DNA of 30,830 nt from a virus. Lineage: Duplodnaviria > Caudoviricetes. Position numbers and translations under genes: made by a program. Location: positions 1 through 30,830 of IMG/VR virus record IMGVR_UViG_3300033407_000087. One strand, given 5' to 3'. The number at the start of each line of letters is the position of its first letter. The stretch's first letter is position 1. The notes under the pieces were generated by a model that did no database searches, was not told the DNA's origin, and saw only the letters and a program-made list of their open reading frames with translations. Shown here in pieces: positions 6,988-16,132 of the stretch.

Positions 6988-6995
6988 GGAAAAGC

Positions 6996-7178
6996 ATGAA
7001 ACTGCTCAACACCACGCAACTGGCCGCCAAGCTCAAAGTCTCCGGCGCATGCATCCGCCAATGGAAATCAGAGGGCCGAATTGCGCCGGTTTTTGAAGCC
7101 CCCAGCGGCGAAGCCTTTTACGCGCCCGCGACGAAAAAGCCGAAGCCCCTCAAGCCGGGGCCGAAGAGAGCGGAGTGA
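6996..7178 (+). CDS. Excisionase/MerR-like HTH DNA-binding protein
   Basis: MKLLNTTQLAAKLKVSGACIRQWKSEGRIAP matches the HTH_17/Xis pattern. Small and basic. Confidence 0.75.
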   Translation: MKLLNTTQLAAKLKVSGACIRQWKSEGRIAPVFEAPSGEAFYAPATKKPKPLKPGPKRAE

Positions 7179-7217
7179 CGCATCCCCGCCAGCGCCTCCG
7201 CCGCCCGGCGGATTTTC

Positions 7218-7246
7218 TTGACGCGGGGTAAGCGGGCGCTTAGGGT
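7218..7246 (+). promoter_or_regulatory. Putative sigma70-type promoter of moron 7268..8251
   Basis: TTGACG-17-TAGGGT, with GGAGGTG RBS at 7254-7260. Confidence 0.6.
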
Positions 7247-7267
7247 GGCCAGTGGAGGTGAGCTGGA

Positions 7268-8251
7268 TTGGGCATTTATGACGAGCGTCGATTGGCGGAG
7301 CTGCGATACAAGCAGAGCCGCAACCGATCCCTGTTTCGTGCGGTCGGCTATGTCACTTCTCTGATCCCGGCGATTCTCATCGCTCTGAACTTCGACTCGT
7401 TTCGCTCCTACGTGCTCGGCGCGTTTGGCGGAGTACCGATCGAAACGATTCAGCAGCAGCCAGTCCAGCAGCCACCTCCCCGAATTGTGCGCGACCGACC
7501 GTCGAGGCAGCAGACCGAACCGCAGGTTCGCGTGAGCCACGCGACGCTGCGCAAGTCGACCCCGCGCAACGTGACGCCGCCACCATTCTTCGATGACGAA
7601 CAGCTTCCCGCGAAGCCGCGTCAACCGGTGCAACTGCTGCCGCCGAAGCACGATTCACCGCGGCAGCAAACCAAACCCAACTACGTCATCGCGCTCGACC
7701 TGAGCGAGAAGATTCAGCGATTCCCCCTCCGCTCGCTCACACCCGAGGAAGCACTCACGATTCGCACGACGTTTGCCGGCATCACGCACCTAGCGCCGGG
7801 CGAACCAGGTCGCATCGACCTACATGGCCCCTACAATCCGCGGATCGAGTTTTCGATTGAGGTCCGCAGCGAGACGATTCTGGTCCTCGAATATCTGGTC
7901 GACTCGGAGCAAGGTAAATCGATCCCGCTCACGTCGCCGAATCTCGGCTCAATCCGTCGGCGGATCATGCGGAAAGGCGAACGCGCTATGGCGATATTGA
8001 AAACATTGCAAGCCGAGAAGCTGCACCTCGACGCCTACTTGGCCAGCTCGCAGGCCAAGCTCTGGACGGAGAAACGGGCCGCGGAAATGCGGGTCAAGAA
8101 ATTGCCGCGGTTGATCGAAGCTGCGCAGGCGCCAGTGAATCAACTGGCCGATGAACTCTCGACGGTAGATCGCTTGATCGACATGGTCGAGTCGGTCCAC
8201 GGCTCGACCGTCGACGTGTTCATCGATTTACCGACCGCTCAGCAGCCCTAG
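7268..8251 (+). CDS. Membrane-anchored hypothetical protein (moron)
   Basis: TTG start with strong RBS. N-terminal hydrophobic segment, Pro/Gln-rich linker and C-terminal helical region. Confidence 0.8.
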   Translation: MGIYDERRLAELRYKQSRNRSLFRAVGYVTSLIPAILIALNFDSFRSYVLGAFGGVPIETIQQQPVQQPPPRIVRDRPSRQQTEPQVRVSHATLRKSTPRNVTPPPFFDDEQLPAKPRQPVQLLPPKHDSPRQQTKPNYVIALDLSEKIQRFPLRSLTPEEALTIRTTFAGITHLAPGEPGRIDLHGPYNPRIEFSIEVRSETILVLEYLVDSEQGKSIPLTSPNLGSIRRRIMRKGERAMAILKTLQAEKLHLDAYLASSQAKLWTEKRAAEMRVKKLPRLIEAAQAPVNQLADELSTVDRLIDMVESVHGSTVDVFIDLPTAQQP

Positions 8252-8621
8252 TCGCGGTACGCCTTAGTTTGGCCGCCAACTTTTCGGCCCGTTTTCCTGC
8301 CTCGTCATACTCCTCCTGACTCATCTTTAGGAGACGAATACTCGCGCCAGCCTTGAGCCGCTCTACGTGCTGCTCGGCTCTTATGGCCATCTCTTCGCGG
8401 CTGATGTCGACGTGCATCGGTTGGCTCTCCTTACTGGCGACGAAATCTCCGCAGTTTCGGCAGTCGTGGATTGTCTTGTCCAGGGCGGCGGTGGCAGGCG
8501 CGCATAGCGTGTGTAGTTCGCAACTGAATACTGCCGTCGTGTCTTTGCAGCCACCGCACCCTCGCTTCCTGGCCGGCTGGGTGTCGCCGACGTGCTCGCC
8601 GAGGTAATCGCAAGTCACCAT
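8220..8621 (-). CDS. Cys-rich hypothetical protein, last gene of the tail operon
   Basis: ATG 8621 overlaps the end of the upstream gene. CDYLG...GCGGC...CELHTLC...CRNC. Confidence 0.65.
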   Translation of the reverse strand: MVTCDYLGEHVGDTQPARKRGCGGCKDTTAVFSCELHTLCAPATAALDKTIHDCRNCGDFVASKESQPMHVDISREEMAIRAEQHVERLKAGASIRLLKMSQEEYDEAGKRAEKLAAKLRRTATRAAERSVNR

Positions 8622-9550
8622 AGGCCGTAGGTGATTGTGTTCTGCATGCAACCAAGCACATGTAGCGCCCCGGTGTTTGGGTGGACATTCGGCACGGCAC
8701 AATGTTGACTCAGCAACGTCTCTAAAGAAGTACCAAAGGAAAATTTCCGGTAGCTTGTCAGGATGAATGTTTGGCTATTGTCCTCAGCACGCATCAATAG
8801 GTCGATCGATAGCAGGATTCCTGGATATGGTTCATAGTCAAAACCTTCACCTTCTGGGGGAGTCTCCCCTAGAGCGTCCCAAATGTCCTCATTCGACATG
8901 TTTTGAAGAGTGCTTGTTCCGTTACGCGGCCCCACCCACACTGGCACGGAGTCGTCTACAATTGGCAACCCTGGGCCAAAAACGGAACCGGCTTGCAATC
9001 CAACTATACCATTAACAGCGTAGCCCAAAGCTACGTTCGTGTCGGCGTGCAAAAAACTCCAATACACCTGCGAGTTTTTCGCGAGTGTGTAATCTGTTTC
9101 TTCTACGTCCGCTGCAAACTTTTCCGCCCGACGGCCGCCAAACTTGGTTACTCCACCCTCCAGTGTTTCGTAGAACAGCAATCCGGCAAAAGTAATTTCG
9201 CCGTCTGGGTCGATAGTTGGACTCGTCCCGTTGCTCGCATCGCAGGAAACATAATTGGCGACGGGTGGGCATCCGGTGTACATCGTATAAGGCTTAGGCG
9301 CGTCGCCTAAAACTCCAAATGCGGAGTTGCAGAATCCCACTGGCGCTCCGCTGCCTGTGTCGCGCTCCCAGCCATCGATCCGGATGCACCAACGCGGCCG
9401 ATAGGCAAATATCTTATCTCTGTGGAGATAGAAATCGTGGGCGCTGTCAATGGTAACACCCGTAATGTCCGTATCATCGTATCCCTGAATCACACCATCC
9501 GATCGCCCGGATATGTCGCCTTCAATGGTTGCGGATAAGTGAATTGTCAT
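8615..9550 (-). CDS. Hypothetical tail-associated protein (lower GC)
   Basis: ATGA overlap with the tail-fibre stop. Codon usage is visibly AT-richer than its neighbours. Confidence 0.7.
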   Translation of the reverse strand: MTIHLSATIEGDISGRSDGVIQGYDDTDITGVTIDSAHDFYLHRDKIFAYRPRWCIRIDGWERDTGSGAPVGFCNSAFGVLGDAPKPYTMYTGCPPVANYVSCDASNGTSPTIDPDGEITFAGLLFYETLEGGVTKFGGRRAEKFAADVEETDYTLAKNSQVYWSFLHADTNVALGYAVNGIVGLQAGSVFGPGLPIVDDSVPVWVGPRNGTSTLQNMSNEDIWDALGETPPEGEGFDYEPYPGILLSIDLLMRAEDNSQTFILTSYRKFSFGTSLETLLSQHCAVPNVHPNTGALHVLGCMQNTITYGLW

Positions 9551-11817
9551 GGGCACGTCCCGCAGCCGGTTTTAATTTCAAGCCAAGTGCAGACGCCATC
9601 GACCACGCCCAGTACGTAGGTTCCGCTGGTCTTTCCATCTACGATCGCCTTCGCTTCGAGCGCCTCACAAAGATTGACGTTGAACAGACACGCCCCCTCT
9701 TCGGTATCTACGTCGAGGCCAACGCCGTCCATTTGAGTGACATCGACTTTGACGATGTCGGAGGCAAGCGCCGTCGCATCAATCCCGCAGCCAGCGGTGA
9801 GACTCCCGCCGCCGCCACCGCCCAGGCCTGCGACGTTGACAAACCCCCTGACCTTCTTGCCGCTGTCATCGACCACCTCGAACTCGACCAGTCGATCGGT
9901 TTCGCTGTCATAGGTTCCGGTGGCCGTGAGCTTTTCGATTAGCGATGCCGGCGAGGTGTCGGTTGCGTCTGCGGCGACAAGCCGATCGTTGTCTTTTTGA
10001 AGTGCATCCCAGCCCGTCCCGTTCCAGACTGCGTCCACTGGCTCGTTGTCCGTGTAGGCATTGCCCCAGATGTTGTTGACGGTGACTTCCGTTGCCGAAA
10101 CTCCCCCCGTGGGGTCAATGCCACTCGCCAACGCGACCACATTGTCAATCTTGAATGTTGTGTCACCTGGCTCCACGCTGCCACCGGCCCCGGCCACTCC
10201 GTCGGCAAGTCCCCGCAACAGTCGTTGCTTTTCGCCGACGGTCTCATCCCAGATCAGCTTGTAGCCTTGGTTTTCCCACCGAAGCTTGACGATGAGAATT
10301 TCTTCAGTGTTGATCGGAATATTGCGCCGCGCGCAGTTTTCGGCTATAATCTCTATGGCGGTTAGAGCATAGGGCCCTGGCGTGGCCAACGGACTAATCA
10401 GGAGCGTCGCAGAAAAAACTCCCGTAGTTAGCGTCTGGGAACCACCATCCCAAACAGCCGCAGGTATGTCCGTGTCGACGATCGCTGTAAGTACCTCTCC
10501 TTCGGTGGGAGTGATGTCGAACCAGGCGTCCAATGGCTGACTGTAGGCGGCATAGATCAGAGCATCTTCCTGGTACAACTTGTTGTATAGATTTAAGACT
10601 GTAAGAGGACCTGCGATTGTGCCGACTCCGTCCATGACAACTATCGTGCCTGCTCTAAGTACGATGTCGTCTGTGTGCTCCTCTAAAGTTGTGTCGCACA
10701 CTCCCTGAACTACCCTAGTTCCGGTGTCGAGCGACGTGCCGAAGTCGCTCACATTGACGAAGGCGCGAATCTTGTCGACGGTGTCGTCGACCACTTCAAA
10801 TTCGACGAGTCGGTCGGTTTCGTCATCGTAGGTTGAAACATTCAGTAGCTTGTTGATCAGCGTGAGCGGAATCGTGTCGCTGTCATCGACCGCAATGCGC
10901 CGATCTTCACTGCGCAGACCGTGCAGCTGGTACGTCGGCGTGTCGGGATCCATGGTGAGTCGAGCGATCGCCTTCTCGCCATCGACCAAGGCGCGGCCGA
11001 TTAGCTCCGCGGTATCGCTTACGGCGAGCACGGCGGCATTCGCAGCGGGTCGCCGCCAATTGAAGTCGTCGCCGCCGAACGCATCGTTGACCAGCGTCCA
11101 GTTGCCGCCGCTCTGGCTCCACTGAACCACTGCCCATTCCGCGAACCGCTCCATGACGACGATTTCCCAGCGGTCGGGCTCGACGGCACCGAGATCAGTG
11201 CGCAGCAGCGCCACGCCCTGAAATCCGCGCTCTGTGCCGACGTAGCTGTCGACCCTGCCCGCAAACAATCCGGCGGGACAGTAGATCGTCACGTCACTGC
11301 CGGTGAGCGTGCCGTCGTCCTCAAAAAAGTTCACCGTGGCACTGGTGGCGGCGAGCAACTTATTCGCCGTCAACTCGAAGCGGCGCAGCGGCGGCGTGTC
11401 GCTGCTGGTGCCGGCGCTGAGCCGTTCGACCAGTACTAGGCCACTCGCCGCACTGCCCAGCGCTTTGTAGCCGCTGCCCGAATCCGACGCCAGGAACGAC
11501 GGCACGGTCGGATGCGGCCCCAGCTCGTCGCCCAAAATCGACCCGAAATCGACGCGCATTTTCATTGGCGAGTGATGGCGGCCGTTGCCTGTCTTGCCAG
11601 CGCGCAGCGGCAGCGGGCCGTTGACCATCGTCTGTCCGTTTGGCAGCGGCAGACCAACCGAAACGCGCAGGGCGTCGTTGACGCCGACGCCCGAACTGCC
11701 GACGATGCCGACCAGCGCGTGCGGGGTGATCGTGAACTCTGTGGTATTCACGATTTTCACCGGATACTCATCGACCAGCGTCCGGCGGCTGCCTTGATTG
11801 GTATTCGTGCGGCTCAT
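9547..11817 (-). CDS. Putative tail fibre / receptor-binding protein, modular
   Basis: 756 aa, G/T/D/V-rich, positioned after the tail hub, with an internal duplicated 57-aa module. Confidence 0.7.
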   Translation of the reverse strand: MSRTNTNQGSRRTLVDEYPVKIVNTTEFTITPHALVGIVGSSGVGVNDALRVSVGLPLPNGQTMVNGPLPLRAGKTGNGRHHSPMKMRVDFGSILGDELGPHPTVPSFLASDSGSGYKALGSAASGLVLVERLSAGTSSDTPPLRRFELTANKLLAATSATVNFFEDDGTLTGSDVTIYCPAGLFAGRVDSYVGTERGFQGVALLRTDLGAVEPDRWEIVVMERFAEWAVVQWSQSGGNWTLVNDAFGGDDFNWRRPAANAAVLAVSDTAELIGRALVDGEKAIARLTMDPDTPTYQLHGLRSEDRRIAVDDSDTIPLTLINKLLNVSTYDDETDRLVEFEVVDDTVDKIRAFVNVSDFGTSLDTGTRVVQGVCDTTLEEHTDDIVLRAGTIVVMDGVGTIAGPLTVLNLYNKLYQEDALIYAAYSQPLDAWFDITPTEGEVLTAIVDTDIPAAVWDGGSQTLTTGVFSATLLISPLATPGPYALTAIEIIAENCARRNIPINTEEILIVKLRWENQGYKLIWDETVGEKQRLLRGLADGVAGAGGSVEPGDTTFKIDNVVALASGIDPTGGVSATEVTVNNIWGNAYTDNEPVDAVWNGTGWDALQKDNDRLVAADATDTSPASLIEKLTATGTYDSETDRLVEFEVVDDSGKKVRGFVNVAGLGGGGGGSLTAGCGIDATALASDIVKVDVTQMDGVGLDVDTEEGACLFNVNLCEALEAKAIVDGKTSGTYVLGVVDGVCTWLEIKTGCGTCP

Positions 11818-13565
11818 ACGCGAGCCTCCCTGCGTTGCAGCACGCGGTTGTTCTGTCCGTTCTTGGCCGCCTTGTCGGCCGCCCGCTTGCGACGATCCTC
11901 CTCGACCGTCGGCGTCCAGTCATCATGGTCCGTGTTGAGGCTTACCCGCGTCGAGGGCGAGTCGCCGCCGCCGCCGCTCCAGCTCACCTGGCGAATCCGG
12001 CCGTCCGGTACGATCCGCATCAGACGCTTGTAGTGCCGCGTGTAGCTCGGAAGTGGGTCGTACTCGGGGAGCACGGCGTCGATGTAGTATTGCAACTGCT
12101 GCTGCCAGTCGACCGGTTCGACGCTGGTCTGGTCGAGCGCGACCTGGTAGCTGCCATTCGAGCTCGAACCGACGCCGCGGAATTCGTAACTCTGGATTTC
12201 GCGTACTTCGACGTCCTCGTGCTTGAGAATCCGCGCGCCGGTGTTGTTCCGCTCGCCGGTCTCGAAGCGTTTCACCTTGCGGACCAAATGCCCGTCATGG
12301 CCAGCGTAGAACGCCACGTCGACAAAAACCTCCGCCGGCTGCACTTTGACTTCGGTGGCGCTCACAGCCTCAAACAAGTAGAGCGGGTTGCTGGTGCGGA
12401 CCAGGCCCAGCCGCGTGTCGACCTGAGCGCCGCCGCGGTACTGCGTCGGAATCTGCGGCGTGGCGTCGTTCTCGCTGTCGTACCAGCGGGCAAAGACCGT
12501 CGGCTCTTTGTTGATCTTCCGCTCCGCCCCCACGCTGCCGGGCGTGTCGTCTTCGTCGATGTACTGTTCCGCGCGGTGATCGAGCAGCTTCAAGTCGGCG
12601 AACGACCGCGGCTCGTTGTCGCTCCCCTTGAGCGCCTCGGGCGACCAGCCGTCGGTTGGCAGGGTCTCGACGGTGGCTCCGGAGGAATGCCTGATAATCT
12701 GTCCGCTCTTGACAACGCCAATGATGCGAAACGCGTGATGCGCCCACTCCCGTGCGAGGTCGCGGACTTTCTTGCGTTCGCCACGCTCGGAATAGGTTTG
12801 CTCGTCGTCGATGTTGGAAAATCCTTCGGGGTCGTCGTCGTCGAGAGGCGCGTAGCTGCACTCGGCCAACGGCTTGATCCTGCCGTCCACGTCGCGGGCT
12901 ACTGCCTCACAGGCAAAGCGGACCTGATACATGATGTGCGCCGAGAGGGCCTTGATCTCATCCGGCTTGGCAGTGGCCGAGAGTCCCGCGGCGCGCGACG
13001 CGGTTGGGCCGTCCGGCAAGTCGACGCCCTGACCCACTGGCCAAATGACGTACATGTCTTGGAAATAGTCGAGCGTCACGTCGCAGCCCAACTCGGCGCA
13101 CAATTGATCGAGCGCGTCGGCCGGGTTATCATTGTCCCACTCGACTTCGGGACGCGCGAAATTCGGCAGCCGGCCAATGTCCCACCGTCCTTGCCGCTCG
13201 CCCATTGCGGTGAGACACAAGGCCACCAGCTCTTGCGGCGTGCGTTCTCGGATGAAAGTCTTGTCGGGCCGTTTGATGTTGTAGTGCCCATCGATTTCGC
13301 CGAAGCGGTTTCGCCAGCGGCGGTCGAGGATCGGCAGCGACCAGGTCAAATCCTCGTTGAGGTGGGGCGTTTCGAGCAGGCAATCGCGGATGACCAGCTC
13401 GCCGTTGCCTTCCTCGATGAGCGTCAGGTCGCCGTGCGTTTCGAGGTGGTCGAGGTGGGGCACGGTGCGGATCGTACAGACGGCCGGCGCAACGCCGCGC
13501 GAGACCGGCATTTCCCAGCCGGACGACCAGACGATGTTGCGGAAGCGTGCGAGGGCCTGGCCCAT
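11814..13565 (-). CDS. Putative tail tip / baseplate hub protein
   Basis: 583 aa downstream of TMP and Dit-position genes. ATGA-coupled to the next gene. Confidence 0.6.
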   Translation of the reverse strand: MGQALARFRNIVWSSGWEMPVSRGVAPAVCTIRTVPHLDHLETHGDLTLIEEGNGELVIRDCLLETPHLNEDLTWSLPILDRRWRNRFGEIDGHYNIKRPDKTFIRERTPQELVALCLTAMGERQGRWDIGRLPNFARPEVEWDNDNPADALDQLCAELGCDVTLDYFQDMYVIWPVGQGVDLPDGPTASRAAGLSATAKPDEIKALSAHIMYQVRFACEAVARDVDGRIKPLAECSYAPLDDDDPEGFSNIDDEQTYSERGERKKVRDLAREWAHHAFRIIGVVKSGQIIRHSSGATVETLPTDGWSPEALKGSDNEPRSFADLKLLDHRAEQYIDEDDTPGSVGAERKINKEPTVFARWYDSENDATPQIPTQYRGGAQVDTRLGLVRTSNPLYLFEAVSATEVKVQPAEVFVDVAFYAGHDGHLVRKVKRFETGERNNTGARILKHEDVEVREIQSYEFRGVGSSSNGSYQVALDQTSVEPVDWQQQLQYYIDAVLPEYDPLPSYTRHYKRLMRIVPDGRIRQVSWSGGGGDSPSTRVSLNTDHDDWTPTVEEDRRKRAADKAAKNGQNNRVLQRREARV

Positions 13566-13687
13566 AATAAAAGGTGTGGATTAGTGTGGAATGGTGTGGA
13601 TTTTCTTACTTCAGTGACAGTCGCCTCGTCGCAACATGCTTACCTGACTTCGGTTACGACAATCTCCTGGTGCCGTCAGTGACACTG

Positions 13688-15019
13688 TCACCCGCTAATC
13701 TGATAGCTCCGGCCGTAGCCGTAATCGTCGTTCCGCAGCACGTCGGCAATCTTGCCCGTGGTGACGACTGCGTTCGAGTGGGTGATCCGCTTGGCCGGGT
13801 CTTTGATCGCACTGCCCGGATGGCGAGTGATGTTCGTGATCGTGAGCGCCCCGCTGCCGCGGCTCACGTCGAGCACGGCGCCGTTGTTCATCGTGCCGGC
13901 CACGACCGTACCTGTCCCTTCGTCGAAGATCGTGCCATCGGCCCAGATCATCGAAGGGCAGGGGCAGCGCTTGACGATCTCACCGCCGCGCATCGTGATG
14001 CCGTTCGAGCTCCAACTCGTCTGGCTCAGCGTCAACCGACCGCCAACCTGATTGACCGTGAGGCTGGCCGTGGCGTTCTGCGAAATGTCGACGTCGATGC
14101 CGCTGATCTGCTGCTCGATCCCCGAAATGTTCACGGCCGTTACCGCGGCGGTCGCGGCGTCTTGATTGCCGCCCTGCACGCTGCCGCGGGCCACGCGGAA
14201 CGTCGCGCCGGCCGGTGCGATGAGATTGTGGACGTACTGCTCGCCCTGGATCGATTGCTGGCGGTTGTTGTTGATCTCGAACGTCGTCGCCAGAACGCTT
14301 TGCCGAATGTTGACCAGCCGCGGCCCTTCGCCCGGTCCGCGCCCGATGACGTGGGTCATCGTCGCGCCGCTGCCCGCGTCGTCGAGCCGCAGGTAGCGCT
14401 GGCGGTACTCGAAATACGCCTTGGCCGAGCCGAAATTGCGGACCTTGGGCAGACCCAGCTCGCCGGTCCAGGAGTTGTACAAGATCAGCAGCACTTCGCG
14501 CGAATCGTCTGGCAATCCGTAGCTGCAATCGACGTTGGAGTCGCGGAATTGCACCACGTCGTCGTCCGCCGGCACGTTTCCGCCAGACCAGTTGTCGGCA
14601 TTGTCCCAGTGGTTCGGACCGGTCGCCGCTTGCACCACGGTCTCGCTGCCGATCGTGCCGCTGGCCGAATCGGTGGCGAACGTGATCGTAAACGGCACGC
14701 CGAAGTCGCTCGAATTGCGCGTCGTGAGCGTCAGCACGGCGGCATCGCTCGACGCGATAATCTCGGAGACTTCCGGGATCGCCTGCCCGCCAACGTTGGA
14801 CGACCCGGTGGCCGCATCGAGCCGATCGGTGGCGTTGATCGCCGCGGCAATCAGCGCGGCGACGTCGGTTGTGGTGACCGGCGTGCCGACCGTAATTACG
14901 AGGTCTTTGCCGTTGATCGTGCAGGTGATCGTCTCGTTCGAGAGCCAAGTGCCTCCGATCGCGCGCGTGACGATTTGCGGAACGCGGACCGCATTAGCGA
15001 TGAAATCAATGATGGCCAT
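13688..15019 (-). CDS. Putative minor tail protein (beta-rich)
   Basis: 443 aa, T/G/N-rich, contains HWDNADNWSGGNVPADDD. AAGGGA RBS. Confidence 0.65.
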   Translation of the reverse strand: MAIIDFIANAVRVPQIVTRAIGGTWLSNETITCTINGKDLVITVGTPVTTTDVAALIAAAINATDRLDAATGSSNVGGQAIPEVSEIIASSDAAVLTLTTRNSSDFGVPFTITFATDSASGTIGSETVVQAATGPNHWDNADNWSGGNVPADDDVVQFRDSNVDCSYGLPDDSREVLLILYNSWTGELGLPKVRNFGSAKAYFEYRQRYLRLDDAGSGATMTHVIGRGPGEGPRLVNIRQSVLATTFEINNNRQQSIQGEQYVHNLIAPAGATFRVARGSVQGGNQDAATAAVTAVNISGIEQQISGIDVDISQNATASLTVNQVGGRLTLSQTSWSSNGITMRGGEIVKRCPCPSMIWADGTIFDEGTGTVVAGTMNNGAVLDVSRGSGALTITNITRHPGSAIKDPAKRITHSNAVVTTGKIADVLRNDDYGYGRSYQISG

Positions 15020-15032
15020 GTCTCACATCCCT

Positions 15033-15779
15033 TTACGGGTTCGGTACGAATGGGTAGCTGGTGAACGTGAACGTGTAGCTCCACGCCGAGCGGAGCACGC
15101 GGCGGCCCGCTTGTTCGCGTTGGCGGCTGCGGCGGACGCGGAAGTCGCCAACTGGGTCTTTGATGTTCGACGGGAACAGCGGCGGAGTGTAGTTGGGGTA
15201 GATGTTGGCCGCGATGCCCGTGAGCTCGTTGAACGATTCGCCGCTCTGGACCACGAGGACTTCGGTAGCTGGGTGGATGAGCGTGATTTGCGGTGGGCCG
15301 TTGTCCAGCCGGTCGAGCTTGTAGGCCGGGCCGCCGGTGCCAATGACCTCGATCGACTCGGCGCTGCCAGCGTTCGGATTCACGAAGCCGAAAGGCGCGT
15401 ACTCGGCGGAGAGGCCGATCGTGCAACTGAGGCCCGTGACCCAGTCGGCTTGTCGCGGGTCGGCCGTCCAATGCGGCCCGTCGACCAGCACGCCATACAA
15501 GCTCGAGCCGCTGTCGATCCGCCAGTGAGAGGCGACGCCGGTGGTCAGGTAAAACACCGCGTCGCCGCCGTCCTGGCCGTACGCGGCTTCGATCTCGGCC
15601 ACCCGCTGATTGATGTTCGTGTCGCCGACGGCGCAGATGTTGACGCGGATTTGCATCGAGCGGCGGACCTTCACCGCCACGCCGCGATCGTTCCGCTCGA
15701 CAACGGTGTCGAACGATTCCGGCGTGACTTCCCCGCCGGGATGGGTGTAGCCGCGGTAGCTAAAGGTCATCAGAGCCAT
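15033..15779 (-). CDS. Putative distal tail protein (Dit position)
   Basis: 248 aa, first co-oriented gene after the tape measure. Confidence 0.55.
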   Translation of the reverse strand: MALMTFSYRGYTHPGGEVTPESFDTVVERNDRGVAVKVRRSMQIRVNICAVGDTNINQRVAEIEAAYGQDGGDAVFYLTTGVASHWRIDSGSSLYGVLVDGPHWTADPRQADWVTGLSCTIGLSAEYAPFGFVNPNAGSAESIEVIGTGGPAYKLDRLDNGPPQITLIHPATEVLVVQSGESFNELTGIAANIYPNYTPPLFPSNIKDPVGDFRVRRSRQREQAGRRVLRSAWSYTFTFTSYPFVPNP

Positions 15780-15831
15780 GACTTACGCCGATTGTTTGCA
15801 GTGGCTTCGTGGCCGGTTTATTCTGGAAGGC

Positions 15832-16125
15832 ATGGTGGAGAGCATCGCAATCTTGGTCGGCGCGCTGTTCGCAGTCTTTTTCCTGTTTGTGTTCTGGCAG
15901 TTCATTTTCGGATTGCTCCTTGATCCGTGCCCCCACTGCCGACACTGGATTTCGCGCCAAGCGACGGCCTGCGGACATTGCGGACGCGACGTCACCCCTC
16001 GTAAATCGCAGTTCGATCTCTTCCTGGAGTCGCAAGGAACCGTCTCTCGGAAAACCGTTGCTTGGCTCGCCGGCACGTTTGTCGCCGGCACGTTGCTGAT
16101 GCTGGCGATCGCCGTTTTTCGATGA
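15832..16125 (+). CDS. Moron: membrane protein with CxxC-x10-CxxC zinc ribbon
   Basis: TTGCAG-17-TATTCT-7-ATG(15832). Hydrophobic helices flank CPHC...CGHC. Antisense to the tail operon. Confidence 0.75.
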   Translation: MVESIAILVGALFAVFFLFVFWQFIFGLLLDPCPHCRHWISRQATACGHCGRDVTPRKSQFDLFLESQGTVSRKTVAWLAGTFVAGTLLMLAIAVFR

Positions 16126-16132
16126 CCTCCCA

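Noticed and set aside
5680-8251. Integron cassette array after the tyrosine recombinase
   Set aside because: No RYYYAAC...GTTRRRY attC structures found. ORFs face both ways and have their own promoters.
9820-10908. Diversity-generating retroelement TR/VR pair in the tail fibre
   Set aside because: Differences between copies involve all bases and many synonymous sites, not only adenines. No reverse transcriptase in the window.
13571-13600. DnaA-box origin
   Set aside because: Only partial matches to TTATCCACA, no extended AT-rich unwinding region, and located within the tail operon.
11835-15923. Long plus-strand ORFs (615, 496, 462 aa) and similar ones at 16691, 22126 and 27295
   Set aside because: Antisense shadows of GC-rich minus-strand genes, with no motifs or RBS.
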